A DNA stretch of 64,000 nucleotides from Octopus sinensis (lineage: Eukaryota). Below, piece by piece: positions 1 to 11,579 of the stretch. The translations under genes were made by a program, and so were the position numbers. Each line of letters opens with the position of its first letter. The first letter of the stretch is position 1. The stretch lies in NCBI RefSeq assembly GCF_006345805.1, contig NC_043000.1, forward strand, positions 47,678,001 to 47,742,000, read 5' to 3'. A model generated the notes under the pieces. It did not search any database. It was not told the DNA's origin and saw nothing but the letters and a program-made list of their open reading frames with translations.

Positions 1-300
1 AAGGGCAGTTAAACCCCAAACCACGAAAAAAAGTCTCATGGCTTTATGTATACTAACCACTGGTAATACATTATTTTAATTTCTTACCCCCATATTTACG
101 ATAGTATATGTTTGTATATTATAAGTGTGTAAATACATACATAGATGCATACGTACAGATGCATGTTGCGTCTATGTGTATGCCTTAAGCATGGCACTTT
201 ATTTTATGTTGTCCTTCTATACTAGTTGGAAACGAATACGGCCAAGTGTTGGTGCAGCCTTCTCTCACTTCAAAATCATATATGCATTCAAACACACACA

Positions 301-337
<37 letters not shown>

Positions 338-1007
338 TTATATAAATTAATATATTTGAATAAAATAATATTATTTTTCTAAGATGGCGAGACCGAAAAT
401 GTGGGGAAAAGTTATTAGACTAAGTGTTTTATTATTTCAATGTACCTGATTTTGTTTCACTTACTCTATGAAAAAAAAAGTGTGAAACGTTTTTAATAAA
501 AAAAAATTAACTTCAAACGCTGTCATTTCTTCAGTACAAGTATCAAAGAAATAAATCATGTTTCTAATATATGCATACTTACATGTGAACATACACATAT
601 GTGTGCATGTCTATTTTCAATAATGCTTGCATATATATTTTTTAGATATGTAACTATGTCCATACCTCGAGTGTCAACTTGAATTCAATCTATAATATTC
701 AATATATCAATACTCGGGATTCAAATATTTTTTGGATATTTTTTCTCACTTCTTATATCTACTGAGTATTTTGTTTTGTTTCTTTTTATGTTAAATGCTT
801 TACACGCTGAAGTGTCTTATACTATCCTGAAATTTTTTTCGCCAGCACTTTGTGTGTGTATATATGCATGAGTGTTTATGTATGTGTATCTGTGTGTATT
901 CACGTATATGGGAGAGAGAGAGAGAGAGAGAGAGAGTGTGTGTATGTGTGTGTAATGTATGAGAACATATATGTATATGTATGTAGGTGCATGTATGTAG
1001 GTGTATG

Positions 1008-1052
<45 letters not shown>

Positions 1053-1095
1053 ATTTATATATAGAGACATATACACATATATATGTATATATATA

Positions 1096-1126
<31 letters not shown>

Positions 1127-1186
1127 CATGTGTGCATTTGTGAATATGTATTTATGTATATATGTGTATATCTATATCTATATCTG

Positions 1187-1238
<52 letters not shown>

Positions 1239-1597
1239 AGCACCAGCATGCCAATATCTTATGTGTGGTCTCGTCTTTTTTATCATTCTATTTTCTTTAT
1301 ATTTTCCTTGATCTCTATCAAGCTACGTATATCTTGACTTTGACTTAAGAAATATCCGTGCAACAGATTGTATTTATATCTTAACAAATCCTTTTAGCTA
1401 TGCCCTCTCGGTATTCTTTTCAACCTGATTTTTATTTTCCTTTATTTTTTTTTATCTTTCTGAGCTTTTTTAAGCTTTGTCAAGATTTGATTGATAATAA
1501 CTAGAGATCATGTTTTATTGAAAATAACTCCAATTTTTCTCCTTTTAAAAATAAAATATTCTACATTTCTCATTCTTATCTTCTTTGTTTCTTACAG

Positions 1598-1626
1598 TTT
1601 ACGAGGATTATTATCAAATTTTATTT
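1598..1626 (+). CDS. Candidate 29-nt exon of unidentified + strand gene
   Basis: Strong pyrimidine tract ttctcattcttatcttctttgtttcttacag| and donor TTT|gtgagg; joins in frame to exons at 19617, 28388 and 30545. Confidence 0.3.
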
Positions 1627-2277
1627 GTGAGGAAGAAAAATGTACATACAAATAATGCCTCCTTTTATGTTTCGTTTATTTAATGTTGTTGTTGCTGTTA
1701 CTGATGTTGTTTAGATCCATGTCAGCTCTAATCGAGCAAGCCTATGATCAAAGCTGTTACAGCCCCATCTAGCTTATTTTTTTTCATTATGTTCAAGCAG
1801 TGCCCGATTTAGATATAAGCTAAGCAAGCAGCAACATAGCGGTTGACGATGCGCAGGGCTCTCAAAAATAGCTAAAAGGCAAAACATTTGTAACAAGTAT
1901 TTTCTACGCTTTATGTAGCTTTTCTAAGACTGTTAGATGCTATTTGAGTAAGATTATACCTCTATTTCTCTTAAGTCGAGCCAAAATGTAAATGCTCTCT
2001 CAATGGCTCCATGTCATTGCTGTTGCTTGCCCCCAAGATCAACCTTCATCGAGCAGACTTATCATCAAAGGTGTACCAGCCATCATTTGTATACATCTAC
2101 GACTGCATAGTCCAGTGTTTTCCTTCTTCTATTCATATTGAGAGGCGTAATTTGATGGATATTTCCTATTTCTAGCACGGCAAACAACGACATATAATAA
2201 TAATTTTCCTTTTTCTATTCATATTGAGAGACGTAATTTGATGGATATTTCCTATTTCTAGCACGGCAAACAACGAC

Positions 2278-2360
<83 letters not shown>
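2278..2360 (+). repeat. (TAA)n microsatellite, target array of the R4 element
   Basis: Pure TAA run directly abutting the retrotransposon 5' junction. Confidence 0.95.
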
Positions 2361-2362
<2 letters not shown>

Positions 2363-3314
2363 GAAGCTTCATTCTATCATCAAGGAAAGCAAGAAGCTTC
2401 ATTCTATCATCAAGGAAAGCAAAAAATTTGCTATTGATCTCGTGCAGGATACCCAAACTGAACAACCCGAGGGAAGTACGGCAACTATTGTTGCAAAGAA
2501 GGTGAAAATGATGGCAAGGAAAAAAGCACACGAGCAATTGGCTGATAGGTGGGAGGAGAAACCTCTGCACGGCAAATATGTGACCCGCAGCAAACAAGCT
2601 GATGTTGACCAGAAGCAAACCCATCAGTGGCTGCGGAGCTCAGGGCTAAAAGCAGAGAGCGAAGGTTTCATCCTGGCTGCTCAAGACCAAAGCCTATTAA
2701 CCCGGAACTACCAGGCCAATGTGATGAAAAATGGAGCAGACCCAAAATGCCGATTCTGCAACGACATGATTGAAACAGTGGACCACCTAATCTCTGGATG
2801 TAAAGTCTTAGCACCAGTGGAGTATAAATTAAGACATGACAGAGTTGGCCAATATCTCCACTGGCTAATAAGTCGGCATTACAATATCAAAACTGCCGAC
2901 AAGTGGTATAATCACCACCCTGAGGCTGTAACTGAAGGAGAAAATGTAACCATTCTGTGGGACTTTCCAGTACATACAGACCGAACCATCAAGGCCAATA
3001 AACCAGATATTGTTGTGAAAGACCAAAACAATAAAGTTTGCTTATTGATCGACATGAGCATCCCCTGTGATCATAATATCTCAGCGAAAGAGTTTGACAA
3101 GCTCAGAAAATATAAAGACCTACTCATTGAAATTGAGAAAATGTGGCATCTCAAGGCTGTTACAATACCAGTGATCGTAGGAGCACTAGGAATGATCAAG
3201 AAGGGAACCGAAAATTATATGAGAATGATCTCTGGCTTACCATCCCTGCAAGAAGTGCAAAAGATTGTCTTAACTGGTACATCACACGTATTGAGAAGAG
3301 CATTGTCGATGTGA
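2361..3314 (+). pseudogene. C-terminal part of R4-clade ORF (post-RT linker, zinc knuckle, RLE); no RT and no true start
   Basis: ORF track 2442..3314 extends in frame upstream to 2361 (KKLHSIIKESKKLHSIIKESKKFAIDL..). Confidence 0.88.
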
Positions 3315-3489
3315 GAACTGTTGCTGCTCATGTATTTTAATTTAACTTTAAAAAAAAAAAAAAAAAATGAACGAACTACTGAGTTTGGTTTAATGGCCTA
3401 CCAATATACACTATGAGTTTCTTTGCCCTAGGAGTCGGGAAGACACTCGGCAAGAAATGGAAGAAAATTTGAAAGAAGAAGAAAAAAAA

Positions 3490-3490
<1 letters not shown>
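2361..3490 (+). mobile_element. 5'-truncated R4/Dong-clade non-LTR retrotransposon (restriction-like endonuclease type)
   Basis: Uninterrupted frame with CCHC knuckle (CRFC..ETVDHLISGC), RHD motif and RLE motif KPDIVVKD..LLIDMSIP..K..KY; 3' UTR 3315-3490; flanked by (TAA)n on both sides, the known Dong/R4 target type. Confidence 0.9.
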
Positions 3491-3529
<39 letters not shown>

Positions 3530-3554
3530 TAATAATAAAAATAATAATAATAAT

Positions 3555-3670
3555 GGTTGTGATGCATGTGCCTGGTGTACCCTTATCAGACGGGTAGTCA
3601 TGATGGGTATATTGGGCTTCGTATATTTTACCCCAGTGTCACTTTGATGGCATGAACTGCTCTCTCACTC
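3555..3670 (+). mobile_element. Short insert between TAA arrays, probably the 3' end of a second TAA-targeting retroelement
   Basis: Unique 116-bp block ending ..ctctctcactc|aataataat, embedded in (TAA)n on both sides. Confidence 0.5.
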
Positions 3671-3705
<35 letters not shown>

Positions 3706-3713
3706 TGATGATG

Positions 3714-3762
<49 letters not shown>

Positions 3763-3820
3763 TAATAATGATAATAATATAATAATAATAATAATAATAG
3801 TAATAATAATAATAATAAAA
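3671..3820 (+). repeat. (TAA)n/(TGA)n microsatellite
   Basis: Direct inspection. Confidence 0.95.
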
Positions 3821-4065
3821 TATATGCGCCCTTTTAAAGCTTAGCCAAGCTCATGGGCCCGGTGTTTCAATGGAGTACGTGTTCCCCAGCTGGACGGGAC
3901 GCCTGTCCCTCGCAGCGTTACTCATTTTTGCCAGATGAGTGGACTGGAGCAACGTGAAATGAAGTGTTTAGCTCAAGAACACAACGCGTCACCCGGTCCA
4001 GTAATTGAAACCACAATCTTACGATCTTGATGCTGACACTCTAACCACTAAGCCACGCGCCTCCA
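3821..4065 (-). mobile_element. tRNA-head SINE family C
   Basis: Reverse strand reads ggaggcgcgTGGCTTAGTGGttag (A box) ..gtttcaattact (B box-like) ..ttgtgttcttgagc.aaacacttcatttcacgttgctcc; homologs at 23925, 38437, 40950, 51270, 51731. Confidence 0.85.
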
Positions 4066-4324
4066 CAAACAGCGCGACAAATACGTTCCCTTGTGAATTT
4101 TTTAAGCGCCAAGCATTAAGTCTTTTGCTGTTGTTGTTACTTAGTCACAAATCAACCGGTTACAGATAGATTACGTTCTACCACCACATCGTCTATAATG
4201 TCGCCTGGGCGGCAATAATATAAGAAGCAGAGTCCATTCATATTTCCAGCATTTAAGATGACCATTTATATCTATGGTATTCTCTTCAGGTTACGTATGT
4301 TTCTGTTACTTGCAAACAGAAAAA

Positions 4325-4560
4325 ACAACAACACGTGGAACAATTACAGAATTATTATTAATAGGCGCTCAGGAAAAGATGGAAGCAGGAAGGTATGACG
4401 TTTCGAGCGGAGCTCTTCGTCGGAAACATAAAGAAGGAAGAGAGAGGAAAGAAAGATCCCAAAGTGGGCAACAAGAGGGAGAAAAAAAAAAGACGACTGG
4501 TGTTTACGAAGTACACATGGTGAAAGGCGGAAGTTTACGATAACAAGAGCAAAGTAGGTT
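4325..4560 (-). mobile_element. PLE terminal-repeat fragment with hammerhead-like core
   Basis: Shares gtttcgagcggagctcttcgtcggaaacata and flanks with 10180-10440 (attached to a PLE ORF fragment) and 18690-18895. Confidence 0.6.
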
Positions 4561-4912
4561 TTTAAAGCCAAAAGAGTGGAGACAGGGTTGGTAACGCAAC
4601 AGATGTGTGTGTGTATGTGTGAGTGTGTGCGTGTGCGTGTGTGTATGTGTGTGTGAGGCGAGATAAAAAACAAAAAATATATGTATATGTTAGTGTGTGC
4701 GTCTGTGTGTAGGCGTGTGAGGTAGGGCGAACAGTAGTAGGCAGCAGACAGTGGTTAGTAGTAAGAAAATGAAGGAAGGAGGAAGGGAGGGAGGGGAAGG
4801 GGTGGGGGCGTATGTAACGTGCCAGTAGTAGTGTGTGTGTGTCCAGTGTCGTAGTTGTATTAATGGCGAGTAGATTTATATATATATGTGTATGTATATG
4901 TATATACATATA

Positions 4913-4945
<33 letters not shown>

Positions 4946-4994
4946 CATTCATACATACATATAAGCCAAGGGCACGTAGCGTTCCATTAATTGA

Positions 4995-5193
4995 TAAGGT
5001 AAAAACATAATAAATGCACAGAAAAACGGAAAACAGACACAGAAGGTCACCAACTCCTCATCATTTATCGGCCAGAGAGTCAGGCGCAAAATTGCGTTTG
5101 ACCCTGTGTCCGATAACTGATGGGACGTTGGTGACCTCCTGTATCTGCTTTTCGTTTGTTTGTGCATTTATTATACGTTTTATTTTTACCTTA
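4995..5193. repeat. Imperfect ~200-bp palindrome (foldback or MITE-like)
   Basis: Arms of about 95 bp, core 78 bp roughly 78% complementary, 2-nt loop near 5090; termini ataaggtaaaaa / tttttaccttat; overlapping ORFs on the two strands translate to similar peptides. Confidence 0.85.
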
Positions 5194-5619
5194 TGTATAT
5201 ATATATATATATATACATATATAAACGAGGCATTTCAATAAACGTAAACCTGTAAGCTTTACAAAACGCTTTAGTATTTGTTGCCCTGATTGTTATTTGT
5301 AATATTAATAGTAATAATAGAACTATTATTGTTGCTGTGAAATAGCCCAGTCGTTCTTATCGGCGATCTATGTCATGTTGTCTGGCATTCAAAGAAGTCT
5401 TTGATTCAGACATTAACCGTAGCCATTTCTACAATGCATACTGTCCCAAAGTGCAGGATTTATTCGATTGAAAAGAAATATTATTGATTTCCTCATGATG
5501 ATATTTATAATCCGAATGTAAATAAGTGCTGCTTTTTGGCAGAATGAAATTCTAACCGTTAATCCACATTGTTATGTGGTAACAGAAAGATAAATAATAG
5601 TAACCACGTGGGTCGAGAT

Positions 5620-5725
5620 CAGTCCCAATGCGTGGCACCTTTGGCAAGTGTCTTCTACTGTAGCCACGCGCCGACTAAAAGCTTGTGAGTGGATTTGGTA
5701 GACAGAAACTGAAGGAAACTGGCCA
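5620..5725 (+). mobile_element. SINE family A, head fragment
   Basis: gcgtggcacctttggcaagtgtcttctact..gtgagtggatttggtagac matches other family A copies. Confidence 0.8.
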
Positions 5726-5775
5726 GCGTGTGTGCGTCTGAATGTCTGTATCTATCACACACACACACACACACT

Positions 5776-5807
<32 letters not shown>

Positions 5808-5842
5808 TATATATATATATGGCAAATGAAAGACGGAAGATG

Positions 5843-5875
<33 letters not shown>

Positions 5876-6185
5876 AAAATAGTAAAGTGTGAAAAAACGA
5901 CAGAAGGCTTAAATGTTAAAAAATATATATATTTGTGTCAAAATGTCTGGAGAATATTGGAAAATTTTTTTTTCCTTTCCTTAAAATGACATAATTTTAA
6001 AAATTTTTAAAGAAATTACCGGTTTCGCGTGTAGCTTTTCAAATTTCTTGTGACGTTATGTTTATATTGCATGGAATTATCGTTGTTTTTATTTCCAAGA
6101 GATTTCTAAATAAGGGGAGGTAGTGAGTGATTTTTTCCGGTGTAGGGGAGATAATCGCTTAAAAATTTTTTTTCCCTTTTCCTTG

Positions 6186-7095
6186 TTAATTTCTCTGTGT
6201 CAGTATGTTCGGATGGTTGAGTCTGGGTTTGTACTTTTCAATGAAGAATGTTTCCTTGTTCAGTCTCATTTGTGTTGATGATCCGAAAGCACATTGGTAA
6301 AATGGGAAGATTAAAAATTGTGGCAGTAGTTGCTTTGCGCATTTCTCAATGTGCTCACTAAAAGGTATCATTCTATATTCTGGGAATGCAATCTGTTGTC
6401 GATGCAGTGTGCATCTGCGCCTGAGTGATAGTCCCGTGGAACCCACGTAGTCTTGGTGGCAGCCCGAGCATTTAATAACATAAATTATGTTTTCAGAGGC
6501 ACAAGTAAAGTTAGATTTGATCTTAAATTTCTGTCCCTCTTTAAAGAAGAATTCTGATCCTTCCAATAGGTTAGGACATGTTGCACAGTTCGATCTACCA
6601 CATTTTTTTACTTTTGCATCCGTAATTTTAGAAGACAATTTTGCCTTTGTGAGAATCTTTTTAAGTGATTTAGGCTGTTTGTAGCTTTTAATGATTTGGT
6701 GTATGTTTAGAATTTCCTTTAATTTTGGGTTTTTATGAAGTATTGGTAAATTCTGGGTGATGATGGTGAAGGCTTCTTTGTTTCTGGGGTTGTATGTAGA
6801 TATGTAAGGTAGTATTTTCGGGGAAGGTGTGTTGTTGTGTTGAACTTTTCTTAAAGTTTCTATGTTGATTTCTGTTGCACGTCTGATCCCATCCTCTATG
6901 AGTTGAGCTGGGTAATGTCTGTCAATTAGGGTGTTTTTGAGTTCTTGCAGTCTAAAGTTCCTGGTATTTTGTTCTGACACTATTGTGCATATCCTTCTTG
7001 CAAGGTTGAAGGGGATGTTTGTTTTAGTGTGTCTTGGGTGGCATGAATTAAAAAGAAGGTATTGTTTGGCGTCTGTGGCTTTGTAAAAAAGCCAC
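6186..7095 (-). mobile_element. Penelope-like element, 5'-truncated: RT thumb/HTH region plus GIY-YIG endonuclease, frame intact
   Basis: [30 protein letters not shown]; KILPYISTYNP; CGRSNCATC; NIIYVIKC..C..YVGST..LRRR...H (GIY-YIG); ends in a TA microsatellite at 7095. Confidence 0.92.
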
Positions 7096-7199
7096 ATATA
7101 TATATACATACACACATATATATATATGTATACATATATATATACATATATACATATATACATATATATGTATGTATGTATCTATATCTATCTATCTAT

Positions 7200-7249
<50 letters not shown>

Positions 7250-7309
7250 GATGCATCAGCATGGCCGCAGCTCTGAGCTGAAACTAGAAAGAGAAAAAAA
7301 ATATATATA

Positions 7310-7570
7310 CTAGCAGAAAGACCGCCCTCCGGGTGGTTTTCTGCTGGCCACTCAATAATATTTCCACATTGATGCCTAAATCTAATCATTTTTATGATAT
7401 TTTACGTCCTATTATTTCTTTGTATAATAGCGCTCACTTGCTTAGTAAATATTGCTTTCATTATTTTATCAGTGATAACCTCTCTTTTTTAAAGAGTCAA
7501 TCTGTTACATATATATATATCATTAATAATTGGTAGAACTTACATAGGTATGCATAGATAGATAGATAGA

Positions 7571-7604
<34 letters not shown>

Positions 7605-8810
7605 CATACATACATACATACATACATACATACATACACACACACTCAAACAAAAAAGACTGGTGCTGTGAAAATTCATGGGAATGACATTTCCTTACTT
7701 TTTCAAATATACCCAAATTTAAAATAATCTAATATAACGATATCATTCATTCGGCATATGTTGAAATATGCAAAAACAACTTAATTCCACACAAATATAT
7801 GCTGCTTTACATATAATTTATGCGTCAATTCTATTTACTGAAACTTGTTAAAAAAAACATATTTTGCTTTAAAATTGTATCTCATTGTAGACACAGTTGT
7901 CAGTAATCATGCTGTTTTCATTTCTCTCAGCCAATATTTTTACATTAGCCTTTGAACTCTAGATAATGCAACATACAGCTGACCATGTGAGAAAAATTGT
8001 GTCTAAAGATATTATATATTCCACTTTGTTCAAAAGTCTGTCCCTGTGCCTTGTTGTACGTTAAGGCAAAAGCTGGCTTGACAGGAAATTTTTTGCGTGT
8101 AAATAGAAATGGAAATTCCATTTCTTGAGATAAATGTAATATTCTTTGGATTAGCAGAGTTGATCCTGCATAAGGACCAGAAGCAAGCTTAGCCTTAATA
8201 ACATTATCATGTCCATTACTAACATTAAAATTTCTCAGAAGCATTATGCATCGTTTTCTATTTTATATTTTTTATACTTTTATATTTTCAGTTTGACAAT
8301 GTGTGGCGGAAACCCTGATGGTGTAGGTTTGTTGATGAACTTGACTGGGTACAGAGTTTCATTACCAACGGTATCAGAGTTTCTGTATATGCTTAGCTCA
8401 CCAGGACTCGTGGTCAACAGAAAAATCATTAATATATTGTGCTGCTTCATTTGTTGGAGTCACGATAATTCTATTTGCAAGCCAGACAAGGTTTGTGAAG
8501 TTATTTTTGAGGTCAGCATATACAAAATCACATAGATCAGAAAGAGTACCTCTTTCAAGGCAAGGGTCATTGGGTAGTTTGATTTTGAATTCACCCAGGT
8601 TTTTTTTCAGTAGAAATGTTACCATTTCCTTCATCAAGAAGGTAATTAGCAAACTCTCTTTCATCAGAATGACGTTCTGTAAAAAGTCATAGATTGCTTG
8701 TCAATTTCACTACTTCCACATGATCGCAAAGAAAAGATCTCTTTAGTGTTGCATCAACAATACACAATCTGTGATCTGACACCGTTATTTTGAAGTAGAA
8801 TATTCTCTCG
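7310..8810 (-). mobile_element. Helitron 3' portion (PIF1-like helicase pseudogene plus terminal hairpin and CTAG)
   Basis: Minus strand ends accacccggagggcggt-ctttctg-CTAG|T at 7310; upstream helicase motifs in broken frames. Confidence 0.88.
7930..8810 (-). pseudogene. Helitron PIF1-family helicase C-terminal half, frameshifted
   Basis: DATLKRS..KLTSNL; RIIVTPTNE..YIN; LYPVKFINKPTPSGFPPHIVKLK; MLLRNF; FPVKPAFALTYNKAQGQT; FSH. Confidence 0.9.
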
Positions 8811-9036
8811 AGATACCGTAACCAGTCGGTCATTTGTAGAGGAAACAGAATCATGTCTACGTCTCCGTGCATATTCAGGCATCTGTTACAGACGCTTTGC
8901 CCTGGTTTTATCTGATTCTGCCGGTGTGCCTTTGCTGCTAAATGTTCTTTTTCAGTCGCATATTATACATAAATGAAAGCAGTTAAAAACTATCTTGTTT
9001 AGCGTGCTAAAAATAGCAGCAATCGCATAGTTATTA

Positions 9037-9431
9037 TTCCTTTCTACTTCAGGGACAAGGCCCAAAATTTGGGGTGAGGCCAGTTGATTAAATAGACACC
9101 AGTACGTACCTGGTACTTAATTTATCGACTCCAAAAGGATGAAAGGTAAAGTTGGCATCGGCGGAATTTGAACACAGAACGTAAAAGCAGACGAAATACC
9201 TATTTCTTTACTACCCGGAAGGGGCTAAACACAGAGGAGACAAACAAGGACAGACATAGGTATTAAGTCGATTACATCGACGCCAGTGCGTAACTGGTAC
9301 TTATTTAATCGACCCCGAAAGGATGAAAGGCAAAGTCGACCTCGGCGGAATTTGAACTCAGAACATAGCGGCAGACGAAATACTGCTAAGCATTTAGCCC
9401 GGCGTGCTAATGTTTCTGCCAGCTCGCTGCC
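9037..9431 (-). mobile_element. SINE family B, dimeric copy
   Basis: Head ggcagcgagctggcagaaac, B box gttcaaattcc, two tandem ~190-bp units, G-rich tail. Confidence 0.9.
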
Positions 9432-9554
9432 TTAATCACAGAGTTTTTACTGTAAGGCTTATAGCGTTCCAAGTAGCCATACCAACAACATCACTTCTTC
9501 ATTTAAAAACAAAAATTATACCGGTACATTAAGGAATTTTCATTTTATCAAAAA

Positions 9555-9937
9555 CTAGCAGTATCGCCCGGCGTTGCTCAGTTTTGTAAGGGAAATAACT
9601 ATAAAGCATTTTTAGAGAGTTATAGCCAAAAAGTAGCAAAAAAATGGAAAAAAATGATGGTAAATTTTTTTGAGAGTTAAAAAAGGTGGAGTTGCGTCTC
9701 CTAAACAGTTTGTGGTTTGTGTTTCTGATTCTCGACCCCATGTCGAATTTATCGATTTTTTTCAGAACTGGGGGAACTTTTCAGAATTTTCGCTGCGTTA
9801 GTTTTGAATTATGACATTGGGCTATGTGTGTGTCAAGTTTCATCAGAATCGGTTGAAAGCCGTGGTCAGGGTGAGGGTACAAGCAAACAGACACACAGAA
9901 ACACACACAGACAAACTGCCGTTTATATAGAGAGAGA
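9555..9937 (-). mobile_element. Non-autonomous Helitron, complete
   Basis: Minus strand A|TCtctctatataaac ... gagcaacgccgggcgatactgCTAG|T; AT target, no TSD, subterminal GC-rich hairpin, internal (CA/GACA) tract. Confidence 0.85.
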
Positions 9938-10179
9938 TATTCATTTCGAGCCTTCGACAACAATATGAGTCTTCAAAGACAGTTGTTCCCATAAGTTCCA
10001 AACTAAAATTTAGGATTTATGAAGGATCAAATTTGAAAACAAAGATATGACAGTGGAGACATAGAAGGAAACCGACGAAAACAAACAAGGAGTGTCGTAT
10101 ATATTCAGAAAAAAGGAGGTCGCCAGAATTTTGGAAAACAATTTCATTTATTCATTATTAGCGCTTTCATTCGTTTTTC

Positions 10180-10740
10180 GAACTTGTCACATAAAATTGT
10201 GAGTATGCGCACAGGTTACTCATTTATATAAAACAGATTTTATATAAAGTTAATCCAAACATGAAAGCACGGAAAAACACAACAACGCGAGGACGTGGAA
10301 CAAATATAGATTTAGGAGGGTTTAACGTTTTGAGCGGAGCTCTTCGTCGGAAACATAGGAGAAGGAAAGATCCAGAGAAGGAAGACGGAGGAAAAAAATC
10401 GCCAACGGTACACACGCGGTCACATTTTGAATGAAAAATACTCAAATTCGTCGCAGTGGCGCGTGAGAGTCGTGAAGCGGAGTCCCTTACTAAGGAGAGA
10501 GCGCTCGGCAGCGGAGAGGGGGAGATTGGGGGGGTATAGTGACAACAGTGCGAGGGAGCAGGGTGGTGGGATGAGTGGGGGTCAGGAAGAGGGAGTGAAG
10601 AGGTGTGGGGAGGAGAGTTGGAATGGTTGGGTGAAGATGGGGTAGGCGTAGGAAAGTCAGGGTGGGGTGTGTGTGGGTCCGTGGAGGGTGCAGGGGGAAG
10701 GGGGATGGAGGAGGGGGTAGGTTCCATGACAATGGAGATA
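10180..10740 (-). mobile_element. Internally deleted Penelope-like element: N-terminal ORF fragment fused to terminal repeat
   Basis: Pro-rich segment, then TVVTIPP[frameshift]NLPLSAAERSLLSKGLRF (PLE N-terminal LS..E..LLSKGL.F motif), followed directly by the repeat carrying ccgacgaagagctccgctc. Confidence 0.7.
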
Positions 10741-10763
10741 GCTAGCTAGCTAGATAGATAGAC

Positions 10764-10842
<79 letters not shown>

Positions 10843-10845
10843 CAA
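10741..10845 (+). repeat. (GCTA)n-(GATA)n microsatellite
   Basis: Direct inspection. Confidence 0.95.
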
Positions 10846-11579
10846 TAAAGATAGGGTGGAGGGAGGGATTATTTTCAATTTGACATGTATTTACCATTTA
10901 TTTAGTTAGTTATTTACTATTGTATTAACAGGAGTTCAAGGATAGTGACCACCCCAGGATGTCAGATTTAGGATGGGGGAAATAATGAAAAATGGATGTG
11001 GGTGCAGTCATCACTGAAAGCATTTTTGTTTCTTTCTTAAGGTACCAGAAGGAAGATAAGAGGTTCTATGAAATTTTAAATATATATATATATGTATATT
11101 TGTGTGTGTGTGTGTGTGCGTGTGTGTGTGTATGTGTGTGTGTGTGCATGCGTGTGTGTACCCGTGAGTTCCTGTGTTTGGAAATATGTCTATATCGACA
11201 CTGTAATTTCGATGTTTTGCATTGAAAAACAAAGTCAGGTTTCTTTTAATTTCATGTTTCTGCATGAATAAACATTACTATAATATTTACAAATTAGAAA
11301 AATAAAACCCAATGTTATAGGGATGACTATGGTGTTATAAATGTTGAAGCAGAAACAACGGTAATAATATTATTTTTTCTTTCCTTAAGATGTCTTTCAA
11401 TGTCATATTTTTGCATGAACAAACATTATTTACAAATTAGAAAAATACGTAAAGTTTGAATATCCCAATGTTATATAAATATACCTGAATATTTATAGAG
11501 ATGCGTATCATGTTTCTAATATTGGAGCTACATTCAGTATCAAAAATGCAAATTTTCTGCTTTTCTTTCAAACATTCAA

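Noticed and set aside
125-1348. ORFs rich in YIYI, CVCV, HTHT (and dozens like them across the window)
   Set aside because: They are translations of TA, CA and CATA microsatellites that lack stop codons
10224-10727. 167-aa Pro-rich ORF as a host gene
   Set aside because: It overlaps a frameshifted PLE N-terminus and runs into the PLE terminal repeat
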